Source: Balamuthia mandrillaris
Taxonomy: Eukaryota
Assembly: GCA_031835245.2 (NCBI GenBank)
Contig: JAVKOQ020000021.1
Span: forward strand, 1-64,000
Direction of reading: 5' to 3'
Length of the DNA stretch: 64,000 bases
Shown here: positions 49,141 through 62,213 of the stretch, piece by piece
How positions within the stretch are numbered: the stretch's first letter is position 1
Layout of the letters: every line of letters begins with the position of its first letter
Translations under genes and position numbers: made by a program
Notes under the pieces: generated by a model
What the model was told of the DNA's origin: nothing
Database searches by the model: none
What the model saw: the letters and a program-made list of their open reading frames with translations, nothing else

Positions 49141-50437
49141 TCACAAAGCGCCGCCAAGGCATGCCCTGGCTTGCTCCAGCAGTGCATCGGCATCCGTTCC
49201 GCCTGCCACCTTCTTGCACTCGCGCCTCAACCAACGCAAGGCCTTGGCGGCAACCAACTCCCACTGCTCCTTTTCCTGAGGGAACTTCACCTCCAAGAAG
49301 ATGATCGCCAAAGCAGTGGCAACCAAACTTTTCTCCTCCTCCCCTTCGCTCTCCCTCAACCTCACCTTTTCTTGCACGAGGTTGGCGGTGAGTTGAGTGG
49401 CGGCAAAGAAGGCCTCGTCCAGAGCCCATGACCCATTCGCTCTTTGCAGCGCCACGAATCGGTCCATTGGGCTCATGTGAGGATCGATCGGGGTGGGGGT
49501 TGAAATGGAAGAAGTTGAAGTGGGGATATTGGAAGAGAAGAAGGATAAGGAAGAAGAAAGAGAAGAAGAACGAGGAGGAGCGGGAGCACCAGCGGCAGGC
49601 GAAGGAGCAAAAGCAGTGGGACGGCCGCCTGGTGGGGGCGGTGATGCTGCCTGGGTTGTGGTGGTTGCATTGTGCACTGAAAACAACCAAGAAAAAATGA
49701 GTGAGGACAGCTAAAAACAAGCAAAGAGAGATCTGAGGAATAGAGTTTGCAAATGTACCAAAGTCGTCAAATGAAGCAGTGTCAGTAATAGCGCAGCATT
49801 CTTCCTCAGCAGCAAAACATTTCTCCTGCGTGAAGCAGGTATCGATGGAATCATAAGAAGAGGTGTTCTGCGCGTCTTCTTTTGCCTCGCATCTACTTCC
49901 GCTGCTACTCCTCCTTCGTTTCTCATCGTTACAACCTCCACTTGCTCCCTCCTGCTTAGCCTCCTTCTCCATTACTACCTTCCTACTGTGCTTTCCTCTC
50001 ATGTTCTTTTTCTTCTTAGGAGCGGATGATCCAAACAACCCCAACAAGCCACCAACCACTCCACCACCTCCAAATCCTCCTGCACTCTTCTTTGCAGGAG
50101 CTGAAGCATAAGAGAGTGAACTCTCTACAGCCGGCGCAGCAGCAAGAGAAGGATGTGCAAAAGAATAACGAAAATCTGAGTGCGAAGAGGAGACGCGAGT
50201 CTCCGTACTGATACCAGCATCAAAGAGATCAACGCCTGCATCTTCATCTTCGTCGGATGAAGCTGAGTCGACTCTTTGTAGGCTCTTTCCTGTTAGAGAG
50301 GAAATGATCTTGGAGTTGACGTTGATGTGCTTCATAGTGCCTTCGGCGGCCTCGTCACCCTCCGCTATCGCCACGAAGGATGTATATTTGGTCACGAGAC
50401 CGTATCTATCATTTTGTGACATTTCAGGTAAGGACGA

Positions 50438-50476
<39 letters not shown>

Positions 50477-50630
50477 ATTAACATACGAGGTAGCAAGACG
50501 AATCACTTCATCTTTGACTTGCTCAGCGCTATCAGAGGAACGAGCAAGCAAACCTTCCAAATCCCTTTGATCAAAACGAAGATATTAGCTATATCTTCTA
50601 GCTGACGATCGTCGGAGAGAGAGAGCAAGA

Positions 50631-50672
<42 letters not shown>

Positions 50673-51181
50673 ATTAACTGCACAATCGAACGTGCGGCAA
50701 AGCGATGAATGATGTTGCCTTGGCAGTTCTCTTGCTTGCCCAACGGCAATGCAAACTCCAGCTCTTTCTCCCCAGTGGAAGCCTTCAGCACGACTGACGC
50801 CTTTCCAGAGAACAGTTGGGAGTCATCACCGGCATCTTCCAGCAGAGCAAAGACCACAAGGCTTTGTCCGTGGAAGATCGGTGGCAGAGGTTGTGGTGTT
50901 TGACGCTTCAGTTTCAGCTCTCCCCATTCGATGCTCACATTCTAACATGAAACCATTTAGTAGAGTTTTAAGCACAGAAAAAGAAAAAGTATAACCTTCA
51001 ATATGGGCTGAAGTGCTCTTTTGAGTTGTCGGAGGACTTTAGATTCTAAGCGTTCTCCAGAGGCAACAAACTCGGCTTGCCCTTTGCCAGCACTAGCCAC
51101 TCCTCTTACCAACTCAGCGCTCGCTTCAGCACCTGAACTCATTTCATAGCGATGAATTAAAACATGAAAGGAAGGAATTGA

Positions 51182-51228
<47 letters not shown>

Positions 51229-52308
51229 GGACGAAGGAACAAGAAGACAGAATAAGAAGGAATAAAACAAAAAACAAACCAATGCCAAAAGTGAAGACGC
51301 GAGTGGAGGCACAGCTCTTTTGTACGAAAGATATAACTTCATCCGTGTTGTCGACATCACCATCCGTCAACAAAAAGATTTGGCGAGGATAGTCGGGATT
51401 AGAGTCTGTCCCAAAGATGTAACGAAGAGGAGGCAATATGTTGGTGCCCCCAAGGTTGGCTTCCATCCTGTTAACGTAGGCTATGGCCTCTGCTAAACTG
51501 TGGTCGTTGTATTCTCTGCTGGCGGTAAACATGGTTTCGTGTCTCGATCCGAAACCGATGACTAGTTTTGTACATGGTATTGTCAAGCAGCAATGCGTCA
51601 GCATAAAGAAAGCTGAAAGAGGGCGAAAGAAGAACGAAGCAAGATGAAAGCAAAGCACAATGAAGTGGCAAAGGAAAAGAGTAACAAAGCTCCAAAGAAA
51701 ACTTACCATTAAAGAGCGTTCCTAACGGAAGGCTGTGAAGAAAGAGTCGTAAGGCGTTCTTTGTTTGCCTCATCCGACTGCCGGCCATACTGCCGCTCCT
51801 ATCCACCAGAAATATCATCTCCGTAATTACTTCTTCGTCCTCCATATCGATGTTGGGGTAAAAGCGCAGCATTGCCGCCCTGTCTTTCTTTCCTGGCTCC
51901 GTTTCCACTAGTATCTGTGTTTTTTGTTTGTAAGAACGAACCGAAAAGAAGAAATGTGCGCAAAAAAACAAACCTTTGGAGAATGAGGATCTTCTAACCC
52001 AATAAGAAGAGTGAGGGGAGTTCCTGGGTTGTGATCTTCGCCTAAAGCATACTTCAAAGACGCATTACCTTCGCCTTCACCAACCTTCCAACTGATCTGA
52101 TGACCAGATTCTGACTCGATGCCAACGATGTTGGAACCCATTTCGAAGTCAATGTCCACATGAAGGCCGTCTTTGATAGTTGTTGTGCTTCCTTCTTCTC
52201 CTTTTTCACTGCCTCCTGCTTGTTTTGAATGCAAAGGAATACTCGTTATCGGTAGCTGCATTCTGTTCGTATCAGAACAAAATGAGGGAGAGGAGAGAGA
52301 GAGGAGAG

Positions 52309-52343
<35 letters not shown>

Positions 52344-53558
52344 GTTAATAACATAGCATAACAAGCTTATGAAAGCTAAAATACGGACCTGATGGCTTCT
52401 CCTTCCATGAAGAGCTCAGAAATGTATCGAATGGTGAGGATGGCTTCCTTCTTGGGAGGCAGATTGCCAACGCTCAACTTGAAGGCACCGTCGGAGCTCT
52501 CCTTATCCAACAAAAAGGCGTTATGACCAGAGGCAATGCCATCGTCATAAGTGTCCGCTGCTTCCTGTTTCTCTTTGGCTTCTCCGATCACTCGCTTGCC
52601 ATCCAACACGGCCTCCAAAGCATAAACAGTCGAATCGTCTTGTTTGAAACGAAATCTGTTTATTTTTTGTGTTTGTTGATAACAGAGAAGAACATAAGAG
52701 AGAAAAAAGTAACAACAAAGAAATAAGCAATGATAGACAAAAGAAAGAAGAAAAGGAGAGAAAATGATCAAGCAAACGAAAAAAGGAACAACAAAGCAAT
52801 AACAAACATGAAAACAAAACAGAATACGATCTACGTACACAGCTTCGATGGGTTCTTCGTAGTCGTTGAAGAACCGCTGAGATATTTCCACATCAGCCAG
52901 CAGGTCTTTCACGTGGGCCTTCACCTGAACGCCGTACAGCGGCAACGCCCCGTCTTGTTGCTCCTCCGTTTCTTCTTTCGTCGTTGTCGTGGTGGTTGGA
53001 GGAGGCAGCGGGAAAGGAACAGGGACAGGAAGGTGGATGGGAGGTGGACGACGACAAAATAGACCACAAACCATCTTTTTGGGGGTGGGAAGCGCAAAGA
53101 GGTCGGAAGAGGAAGAGGTGGAAGCAGAAGTGGAAGTGGAAGAAGCTGTGGGAGAAAGAAGAGAGGTGGCGGCGGTTGGCGTATGTAACACATCGGGTGG
53201 CGTGAGTCCCGCATCAAAGTAGTTGGAAAGAGCTCGCTGCAAGCAGAACGAAAAATGAAATGGCGGATAAGGGAACTGTCTCCTACTTTTTGCTGGAAAG
53301 AAAGAAAAGAAAGAGAAACGACAAGAAAGGAAGAAAGAAACGACAAGAAAGGAAGAAAGAAAGAAACGACAAGAAACGACAAGAAAGAAAGAAAACGACA
53401 AGAAAGAAAACGACAAGAAAGAAATGGCAGCCTCTAATGCAAACAGAAAAACGTACTTCAAGGTCCCAGTTGGCCTGCGACAAAAACCTATTGCAGGTGG
53501 TTTCATCGGCTCCCGCCACCGCTTGAAACGAAGCTATCTTTTCTTGTTGTGTCGCCAT
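49141..53558 (-). CDS. VWA5A-like VIT + vWA protein with N-terminal UBA-like domain
   Basis: MATQQEKIASFQAVAGADETTCNRFLSQANWDLERALSNYFD (UBA-like); VIT EPIEAVY...SVGNLPP; MIDAS FLVDRSGSM, LGGTNI, LLTDG; TKYTSFVAI; LQRANGSW. Confidence 0.88.
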
Positions 53559-53957
53559 TGTTGTTGCTGTTGGCTCCTGTGTCGGTTCTCCAGCGTAGTA
53601 GGCCGTGGCAAATAGCAAACAACAACAAGGGCCGCCTACAAACGCAGTACGGTGGGTTGGGCTCGCTGAACGAAACCAAAAGCAACGTCAGTAACGTCAG
53701 TAATTCCTTTAAATGGGTATGCGTGATGTCATCCTTTCAGCGGAGGGATGTCATTGTGGGCAGAAGGGCCGCACAACTGAATTTTGTAGACAACGTGTCA
53801 GACTTGCTTTGAAATGGATAAGAGTGACGTCATCCGATTTGTCACCTGTGAGGTGGAAGGCTGCACAACGAAAGCAACAAAGCTGAACGAAAGGTCAAGT
53901 AATTGAGGTCCTTTATTTTTCGTCGCCATCATGACGTCGCGGAAAAATTGGTGCGGT

Positions 53958-54324
53958 TTAGTGGCCGCGAGACTTGCTCTTCTTCTTCAATCGTGGTTTC
54001 AATCCTTTCTGCGCTTCTCTTCCTTGGAAAGAAGGTTTGGCTCCGCCCCTGCCGCCCCTGCCGCCCCTGCCGCTTCCTCGTACTCCGCCTCTGCCGCGCC
54101 CTCTGCCGCCTCCTCTGCTTGTTCCGTTTGCCTGTTTCTTTTGCTTGTGCTTCTCGGGGTGTGCCAACGCTCTGAACACGCGAATCTCTCTGCCTTGAAA
54201 CTTGCTATTGTGTAATGCTAATGCCAACGACACGGATGCTTTGCTCTTTTTGAAGAAGGATAAAACGATTTTTCAAGAGAGAAACGTAAGTGAGAATGAC
54301 AAGAAAAGGGGATAGAAACGAAAG

Positions 54325-54369
<45 letters not shown>

Positions 54370-54542
54370 AGGGGGGGGAAGAAGGACCGTACAGCGAAAA
54401 GAATGTAGCCAAAACCCTTGCCGAGGTTTGTGTCTTTGTCACGGATAAGTCGCACATTCTCAATTTCTCCACAATCCGCAAAGTGTTGGCGCAGTGCCTC
54501 CTCCTCCATATCTTTCATTTTAAACAAATAGCATGAGACAAA

Positions 54543-54602
<60 letters not shown>

Positions 54603-55577
54603 GAACAAACCAAAAGGAAGATTTCCAACAAAGACAGAAAGCTTGTTGTCAAACATGTTGCGAGCGGCCGCTGCAGCCGCGGTGCCGCCAGCCGCAGCCG
54701 CTGCGGCCACCGGCGGCGTGGCATAGTCCACCCTGAGGTGCTTGCCCTCCACCTCGTGGTTGTGCAGCAGGGCCACGGCCTTGGCCACGCTCTCCTTCTC
54801 CTTGAAGACAACGTAGGCGTTGCAGGTGTCCCGCTTGGGGTGGAAGCTCTCCTGGATGAAGCTGGCCTTGCGCGGGAGCTTCTGGTTATCAAAGGGGACG
54901 CTGCGGCAGCGCACCGACTCCACGGGGCCGCCCAGCTGCTCCGCAAAGCCCTTGAGCAACTGTCGCAACCCCTTGGCCTTGTTATGGATGAGGGCGAGGG
55001 GCACATTGCCGAAGAACGCCGTTCTCTCCAGTCTCGCTGGGGAGAAGAGGTCTTCGCCTTTGGCTTCATCCTCCTCGTCTTCCTCGTCCTCTCCTCCGGA
55101 ACGAAGTTTTTTGCTCTTCTTCTGCTGTTGGGTTTTGGAGGTTTGTTTTCTTTTCCGCTTTCTGCTTTCGTTCTCAGAGTCGTCCTCTTCCTCCTCTCCA
55201 TCGGAGGAGGAGGAGGAGCGGCGTTTGGGCTCGGGCCAGCGAAAGGCGGGCTTCGGGGCGGAGGGCGCCGCAGCGGGTGTGCTCGCGAACAGCGCGAGAA
55301 GCTCCGGATTGACCGCCGTCCCTTCCTCACCTCCTCTTCCGTTTGCAGCAACCGACTTTATTTCTTTGCCCTCTATTTCTTTTCCATCCTCTTCTCCTCT
55401 CGCTTGGTTCGAAGATGAGGCTTCACGCTTTTTCTTTTTCTGTTTCTTTTTGGAGGGAGTTTTTGTGTTGGTGTTGCTGACAGCCATGGTGGAAGGCTCT
55501 GTAGCAGCGGTGCTCCGCTGGTTGGCAGCTGCACGAAGCGCAGCGGTGATGTCGCCCACTTTGAAGTCCACCTCCAT
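53958..55577 (-). CDS. RBM34: Nucleolar two-RRM protein Nop12/RBM34
   Basis: RTAFFGNVP, VESVRCRSVP, CNAYVVF, KHLRVD, SVFVGNLPF, VRLIRDKDTNLGKGFGYILF; C-terminal RGG and SFQGREA. Confidence 0.88.
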
Positions 55578-56081
55578 CCTTTTTTTTGTTCTTTCTTTCT
55601 TTCTTTTTTCTTTCTTTCTTTTTTTGCTGCGTGATCTCATGTTTTCAAACATCCAATAAAAAATCAGAAATGATTACATAAAAGGAATTTACTGATCTCG
55701 TCGACAATTAAAATAGAACTATTGAAAAAAGAAAGTGTAATCCGCCGGGGGTCGAACACGAGGCTTCGATAGGTGTACTCCGCGGGGGGCAAAAATTGTC
55801 TGGATATAGATAAATTCGGATTGATTCAAATGGGCCCTTTCATTTAGCAGTGTGGGGGGAAGAAAAAGAAAGACAGAAAAGAAAGTATTTTTTTTTGGTG
55901 AGAGAGAAAAAGAAAACGATTTTAGACGCTCAAAAACTCACGTTCTTCCCATACAAACGAAGAGGAGGAGGAAAAAAAAAAGGAGAGAAAGTGCAGAAAG
56001 AAAAAAGCTCCTCTTTTGTTTTTATATATTTTTTTTCTTCTGCTCTACTCGCTTTCTCTCTTTTTTTAACTCTCTTCAATA

Positions 56082-59000
56082 ATGATGAGTTCAGCTTCTT
56101 CTTTCTCAGAAGAAGACGCCACTACTACTTCTTCTTCGTCCCATCAAGCTATTAAATTGGTAGGGAAAGGTGGAGGAGGAGGCGGAGGCTCTCACATACT
56201 GCCCGCCCCAAAGCAGCGATGGAAGCTCAGCAACAGCGGGGACACCGCTGCCTCTGTCTCTGCCTCTGGCGACGGCACTGCCCCCTCCGGAGGAGCTGGC
56301 AAGCCCCGCCGCAGAACCGTGATGGGCACTCGCCGCATCAGCATCTGTCCCGAGGAGTCTGAGGCCGCCGCATCCGCCATCAGCGCCGCTGTTGCCACCC
56401 CTTCTTCTGCTGCTACTGCTGTGGTGGTGGCGGAAGAAAAGCAGGAGGAGAGAGAAGGAGAAGCAACGGCTGCTGCATTGATGGGAGAGGGCTCCTCCGA
56501 AACAGCCAACGAAAGGGAGAGGGAGAAAGAGAAAGCCAAAGAGAAACGAAAAGCAAAAGGCACGGAGGGGAAGGGGAAAGAGAAAGAGAGAGAAACGGGG
56601 CTGGGTCCACAAGAGAACGGAAAGCAGCGAGAGCAAACCACTTTGGGGAGGGACACACAGCGACGACCAAAGCGTGGCGTGGTGACGATCGGGAGGATGG
56701 ACGGCCCTTCCTCGCCGTTACTATCGCCGGTGATGTCGCCAATAATGTCGCCCCACTCACCTGCCGGCAGTTCTTCGCGGTTGCCTCGTCCTCATAAAGC
56801 TTTGAAAGAGGTCAGGCTCTCTTATCCTCCTTGTTGTTGTTCTTTCTTCTTGTCGTTTCTTCTTTCCTCTTTCCGCTTACTTCTTTCTTCTTTCTTCTTT
56901 CCTTCTTTCTTCTTTCTGCTTTCTGCTTTCTTTCTTGTTGTTTCTTTTTCTTCTTGAAAATGAGTTAAACTGAAGTGTTTTTGCAGTTGTTGCAACAACC
57001 AGACATGAAGTTATTGTTGGCAACCTGTGATGCCATTGATGAGGCCAACGCCAGAGAACAATTGGTGAAGGCGTTGGCTGAACTCTTTGTTGTGAACGAC
57101 TGCGTTATGCCTCTTCTCAAATTGATGATATCCAAAGAAGTATTATTTACAGGTTCATTCTTATTCTGTCTTCTTTCTCCTTCATTCTGCAGTCTTCTAT
57201 CTTCATTCCTTCTTTTCATTCAGACATGACAGTGGTCAAAGTATATCATGGTAACGCGCTTTATGTTTTTCACAGTGGATCCAACCACTCTCTTTAGAGG
57301 CAACAGTTTTGCCACGAAGATGATGTCGGCCTATGCAAAGCTAATTGGTGAAGCCTACGTACAAGACATCCTGCGTGAACCCATTCAGACCCTTTGTGCT
57401 ACTGATACAGATTGTGCTCTGTTGGAGGTTTTCTTTTCTCTCTTCTCTTCATATTTTCTCTTCTTCTCCGCTGCTTCGCTTCTGTTTCTCTTCTTCTAAT
57501 GCAAAGCATCATAATAGATCGACGAAACAAAACTGCGGCTACAGATGGGCATGCCAGCGGAACCACTCCCCGATGCACAGGATGAGGAGACAGTTGCCTC
57601 TGCTGTGGCAGAACTTCAGCAGAGAAATGTAGCAAAGCTAATTAAAGTCACTGATTCATTCCTGAACATCATTCTCAACTCTCTTCCTAAAATGCCGCGG
57701 TTGGTTTCTTGTTATTCTCGTTCTCGTTCTTCTTCCTCATCATCATTTTATATTCCAATTCTGACAACTATTATATCTAACAGAGGCTTTTTGGTCATTG
57801 CAAGCCATCTATGGGAGACAGTAAACAAGAAGTTTCCTAATCACAAGCATGCTGCCGTTGCAGGCTTCATTTTCCTCCGCTTTCTTTGCCCTATCATTGT
57901 GAATCCAAAAGGATGGCAACTAGTTGATGGTTTGGCTTCCATTTTCTATTCCATTTTCATTTATCTTACCTCTTTGTTGTTTTGTTTGTTGTTTGTTTGT
58001 TTGTTTGTTTGTTTGTTTGTTTGTTTGTTTGTTTGTTTGTTTGTTTGTTTGTTTGCTTGCTTGTTTGCTTGTTTGCTTGTTTGCTTGTTTGTTTTTCACC
58101 TCCTCTTTTTTTTTTCTTCATTGCTCCTCTAAATGATCATCTCAACAAACATCAATACTGTCAGAGTTGCCTTCACGGGATGCCCAAAGAGCACTTATAC
58201 TGGTATCAAAGATTCTACAGCTACTTGCCAACGGAGTACTCTCCATGAAAGAAAAGTTTATGCAAGTGATCAACCCTTTTATTGATGAAAAACTTCCTGC
58301 TGTCTATCTGTTCTTGCAGAATATGGCTGTAAACATTCTCGTTCTTCTCTTCCGTCAATCTTTTTTTCTTTCTTTAGCTAATTGCAACGTGCAACACAAA
58401 AGTCTCAGGGCAATGCGCTGACAAACTCGCAAACGCTTCCTTCGAACAAAGATACGATAGAAAGTTCTTCTGTTTTACGGGAAGAACTGCGGTTGGGAGA
58501 CAGAGAAAGGTCTAAAATGGAGAAGTCCTCCTTGGAAAATCTTCAGCGGTTGCTTCAGTTCAACATCCACAAAATTGGCAGAGTATTAGTAGCAGACGCT
58601 CTCTCGAAAGAACCGGAGGTACGTAGTTCCCTTTTCTTCCTGCTCCATTTTTGTGCTTCGTTTTTAAAATTGATCATAAAACCGACAGCAATTAAGTTCC
58701 AGACAATACGTGGCGGTGAACTCCCAAAAACAGGGCTACTTGCATAAAATGGGTGGCGAGTCCTTCAAAGCATGGACAAAACGTTGGTTCGTCCTCAAGA
58801 AAGGGTTTCTCTACTATTTCAAATCCCCTCAACACTCCAACTCTTCTGGTGTTATACCTCTCGAAGACAGTCATGTTCAGGACATACATACACAAGAGGC
58901 TATTGACTCAACTTCTTCCTCGGCCTCACATTTCTCTGAACGGCTGGAGGAGTTGACAGCAACGGACAGTTTCAGTAAAGCCACATTGTTGCCGTGCCTT

Positions 59001-62000
59001 TACTCTTATCAACAACAGCAACAACAAACTTCAGCACACAACAACAATAACAGTTCAACAACGAGTCCTACTCTCTTCCTGTTTAAAGTGGTTACCACGT
59101 ACAGAACTTACTTCTTGAACGCCTCTTCCTCCGAAGAGAGAAAGGAATGGACTGAAGCAATTCAGCAGGCCATCTACGCTCAACAAGTTCGAAAGGAAAG
59201 AAAGAGACTTTCTGCCAATAGAGAAAAGAACAATGGCGAAGAAAATACTGCTCCCACATCAGCGCCATCACAACAACAGCAGCACAAACATGCTACAACC
59301 AACTCGCTAGTGCCACGTTTGCCTCTGTCGAGAGAAGTTACTGCGACGGACACTGTAAAAGAGGAGAACGACAAAAACGTACGGGCCACCCATTGCTGGT
59401 CATCAACTTTGCCCTCCAGCGTTTTTGTTTCTTTGCCCGTGGATCCTGCTATCAGAGCCTCGGCTCTAGCCTCTCCGGTACTTGCTTGCTTCTATTCTAT
59501 TCGCGCTTTTCTTTTCTTGTTCGCTGTTCTACGTCCTCTTCTCTTCTCGCTCGTTCTACTTTTATAGTCTCTAATTGTTACATTTGTTGATGAACAGAAA
59601 TCAAGCGCGCATCATTCTTCTTCTGCTGCTGCGTCTTCATCCTCTTCTCCTTCTATCCAATCATTTTCTCCTTCTTTGTATTCACCTACTTCCTCCTCTT
59701 CTTCGTCGGCCTCTTCCTCCATTTCTTTTTCTTCAGTTTCTAGTTCTTCTTCTTCTTCTTCTTCTTCCTCTGCTTCTTCTGAGGTGCAACATAGCGGGCG
59801 GAGCAGAGCTGCCACAACGACAGTCACCAAGAAGGGCTTCCTGGGCAAAAGAGGAGAAGTCGTCAAAACTTGGTACAATTTTTTTCTAGGATTCAACGCC
59901 ATCATCCGTTTAACATTCCCTTTTTGCTATGGTTGTTTTTTGTTATTTGTTGTGTATTTGTTTTTCTCTTCTTCTTCTCTTATTTACAAAAACAGGAATC
60001 AGAGGTGGATTGTACTTAAGGTTTCTCTCCTTCTATTCCTCCCTCCTCTCTTCCTTTCTTTTTATATGGCTCTCACCTTTGTTAAAACAACAGGACAACC
60101 TTTTAATATACTTCAAATCGCCTTCCGATCCTCTTCCGAAAGGCGAGATAGAAATTCAAAACTCCTTCGTTCGAACCTGCGAAGCCAAACCTGGAGAGGG
60201 TCCCTCTTATTCCTTCGAATTATCAACATCTGGAAAGAAAACCATCTTCTTCAGCGCTCCTGATGAAGCCACCATGAAGTCATGGATGGACGCCATAAAG
60301 AAACAAAAGAACGAATGGTGGAAGAACCAACGAGCTTTAAGAGGCAATACCACCACTATCTCGGGCAATTCTCTGCTACAACAAAATCAACAACATCAAC
60401 CTCATCGACAGACCTTTATTTCTTCTTCGTCCTCTGGGTCTGATCGCATGAAGAGTCCAACACCTACAGAAAGAGAACGAACGATAAACATTCCATCTAC
60501 ATTCTCTCCTTCCACACATAGTAATAATACCTTGCACAGTGCAACAGATGCAGAAGTTACACAAATGAATGAACATGAAGTGATGGAATATGACAATCAT
60601 ATGCCGGTGGTGGAGGATGGGAGAGGACCTGATATATCCAGCAGCCTTGCTGGTGTACGAATAGGCAGTCATGAAACCAAAAGTACATAGTCAATTTTTT
60701 TTAAAAAAAAACAACCATGGACTAGCAAATGACTAACAATCGCTATTGCAGAAAGTGGAAGCAAACGGTTTATGCGACTTTGGGGAAAGGTCAGTGATGT
60801 TTTTGTTATGAAAAAAAGGATCATAAATAACGTAAAAGACTAACTGCCTACAAATACAACAGCATGCACTAAGCACCGCCGAAAAAGAAGGTTGGCTCAT
60901 GAAAAAGGGAGCTAACATCCAAAGCTGGAGGAGGCGCTGGTGCGTGGTCACCAATGGCAAGCTCTTCTATTTCCGCTCTCCCTTGGACGAGAAACCAGCG
61001 GGCATGATAGAGCTCCTACAAACAGCGGTAGAGTTAGCCAGCGTGAACCTAGGCAGAGAGAAGCCTTGTTTTCAGGTGTTAACGCGGACGCGGTGTTACT
61101 TCTTTGAGGCGGATGACGTGACAGCTGCATTAGCTTGGATTAAGGCTCTGCAGGGCTCTGCTCTTCATGCAAACAACCAGGAAGTGCGAAGAAGGAGTGC
61201 TGTGCGTACTTTAGTTGTTTATTAGTTTTCCTGTTCCGTTATTGCACTTTCTTGTTCCTTTTTCTTAACCATTGATTTTTCTTTCAACAGTTGAAACGAG
61301 CAGCAGGTGCGCGTAAGACGGGATGGCTGTTTAAACAAGGCGGCAAGTTCCAAACTTGGCGGAAACGTTGGGTAGTTTTGGAGTACAATCTTTTGTCTTA
61401 TTATAAAACCCCACAGGTACTTTTCTCTTTCCTCTTACGATTCTTTGTTGCGGTCATTCCCATTTTTCTTCTGTCTGTCTTCTTACTTGGTTGAAACAAA
61501 TGTAAAAGGACGCGGATCCAGCGGGAGTAATTCCTTTGGAGAACAGCTGTACAGTGGAGTACGTGCCCACCACGGAGGTCAAAGCGCGAGAGCACACCTT
61601 CCAGGTATTCACGCGGTACCGCACCTATTTTTTCATGGGTAAGGATGATGTGGAGGCCGGCGAATGGATGGAAGCCATTCAACACGCCAAAGCCTGGCGT
61701 TGCCGAGACGATGATTTGCATGGGGTACTTCTTTTTTTTTCTTCAGTGTGTTTGTTAGCTCACTCCCCTTTTCTTCTTTCTGCTGTTAGAATGCTGCCAA
61801 ACTCAATACGTTCAACCGATTGAACGAAGTGCTCTCCATGTTTGAAGATGAGGACGAAATGCACGCCAAGGAGGAGAACGAACCGCTCCCCCTCACCAAG
61901 AAGCTCTTCCTTGATGGAAGGCCAAACAGTGCTTCGTTTTCTTCTTCTTCGTCCGCCACTCCTGACGGACCCCACAACCACGTTGTTGTTGGTCTTTCCC

Positions 62001-62035
62001 AGTTTTTCATCGATGACTACAACCAAGAGGTATGA
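56082..62035 (+). CDS. RasGAP-domain protein with four C-terminal PH domains
   Basis: TLFRGNS (Arg finger), FIFLRFLCPIIVNP, SKILQLLANG. PH domains begin KQGYLHKMG (~58730), KKGFLGKRG (~59830), KEGWLMKKG (~60885) and KTGWLFKQG (~61315). Confidence 0.88.
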
Positions 62036-62147
62036 CGAGAGAATACAAAGAAAGAAGCAAATAAACAAACTTTCCAGGTTAAATAAACGAAAGAAACAAA
62101 TACAAGGAAACAAAAAAAAACGGGATAAAACTGTTTGCAACAAAGCT

Positions 62148-62192
<45 letters not shown>

Positions 62193-62213
62193 AGCAACCA
62201 AAAGAGTGTCTGT

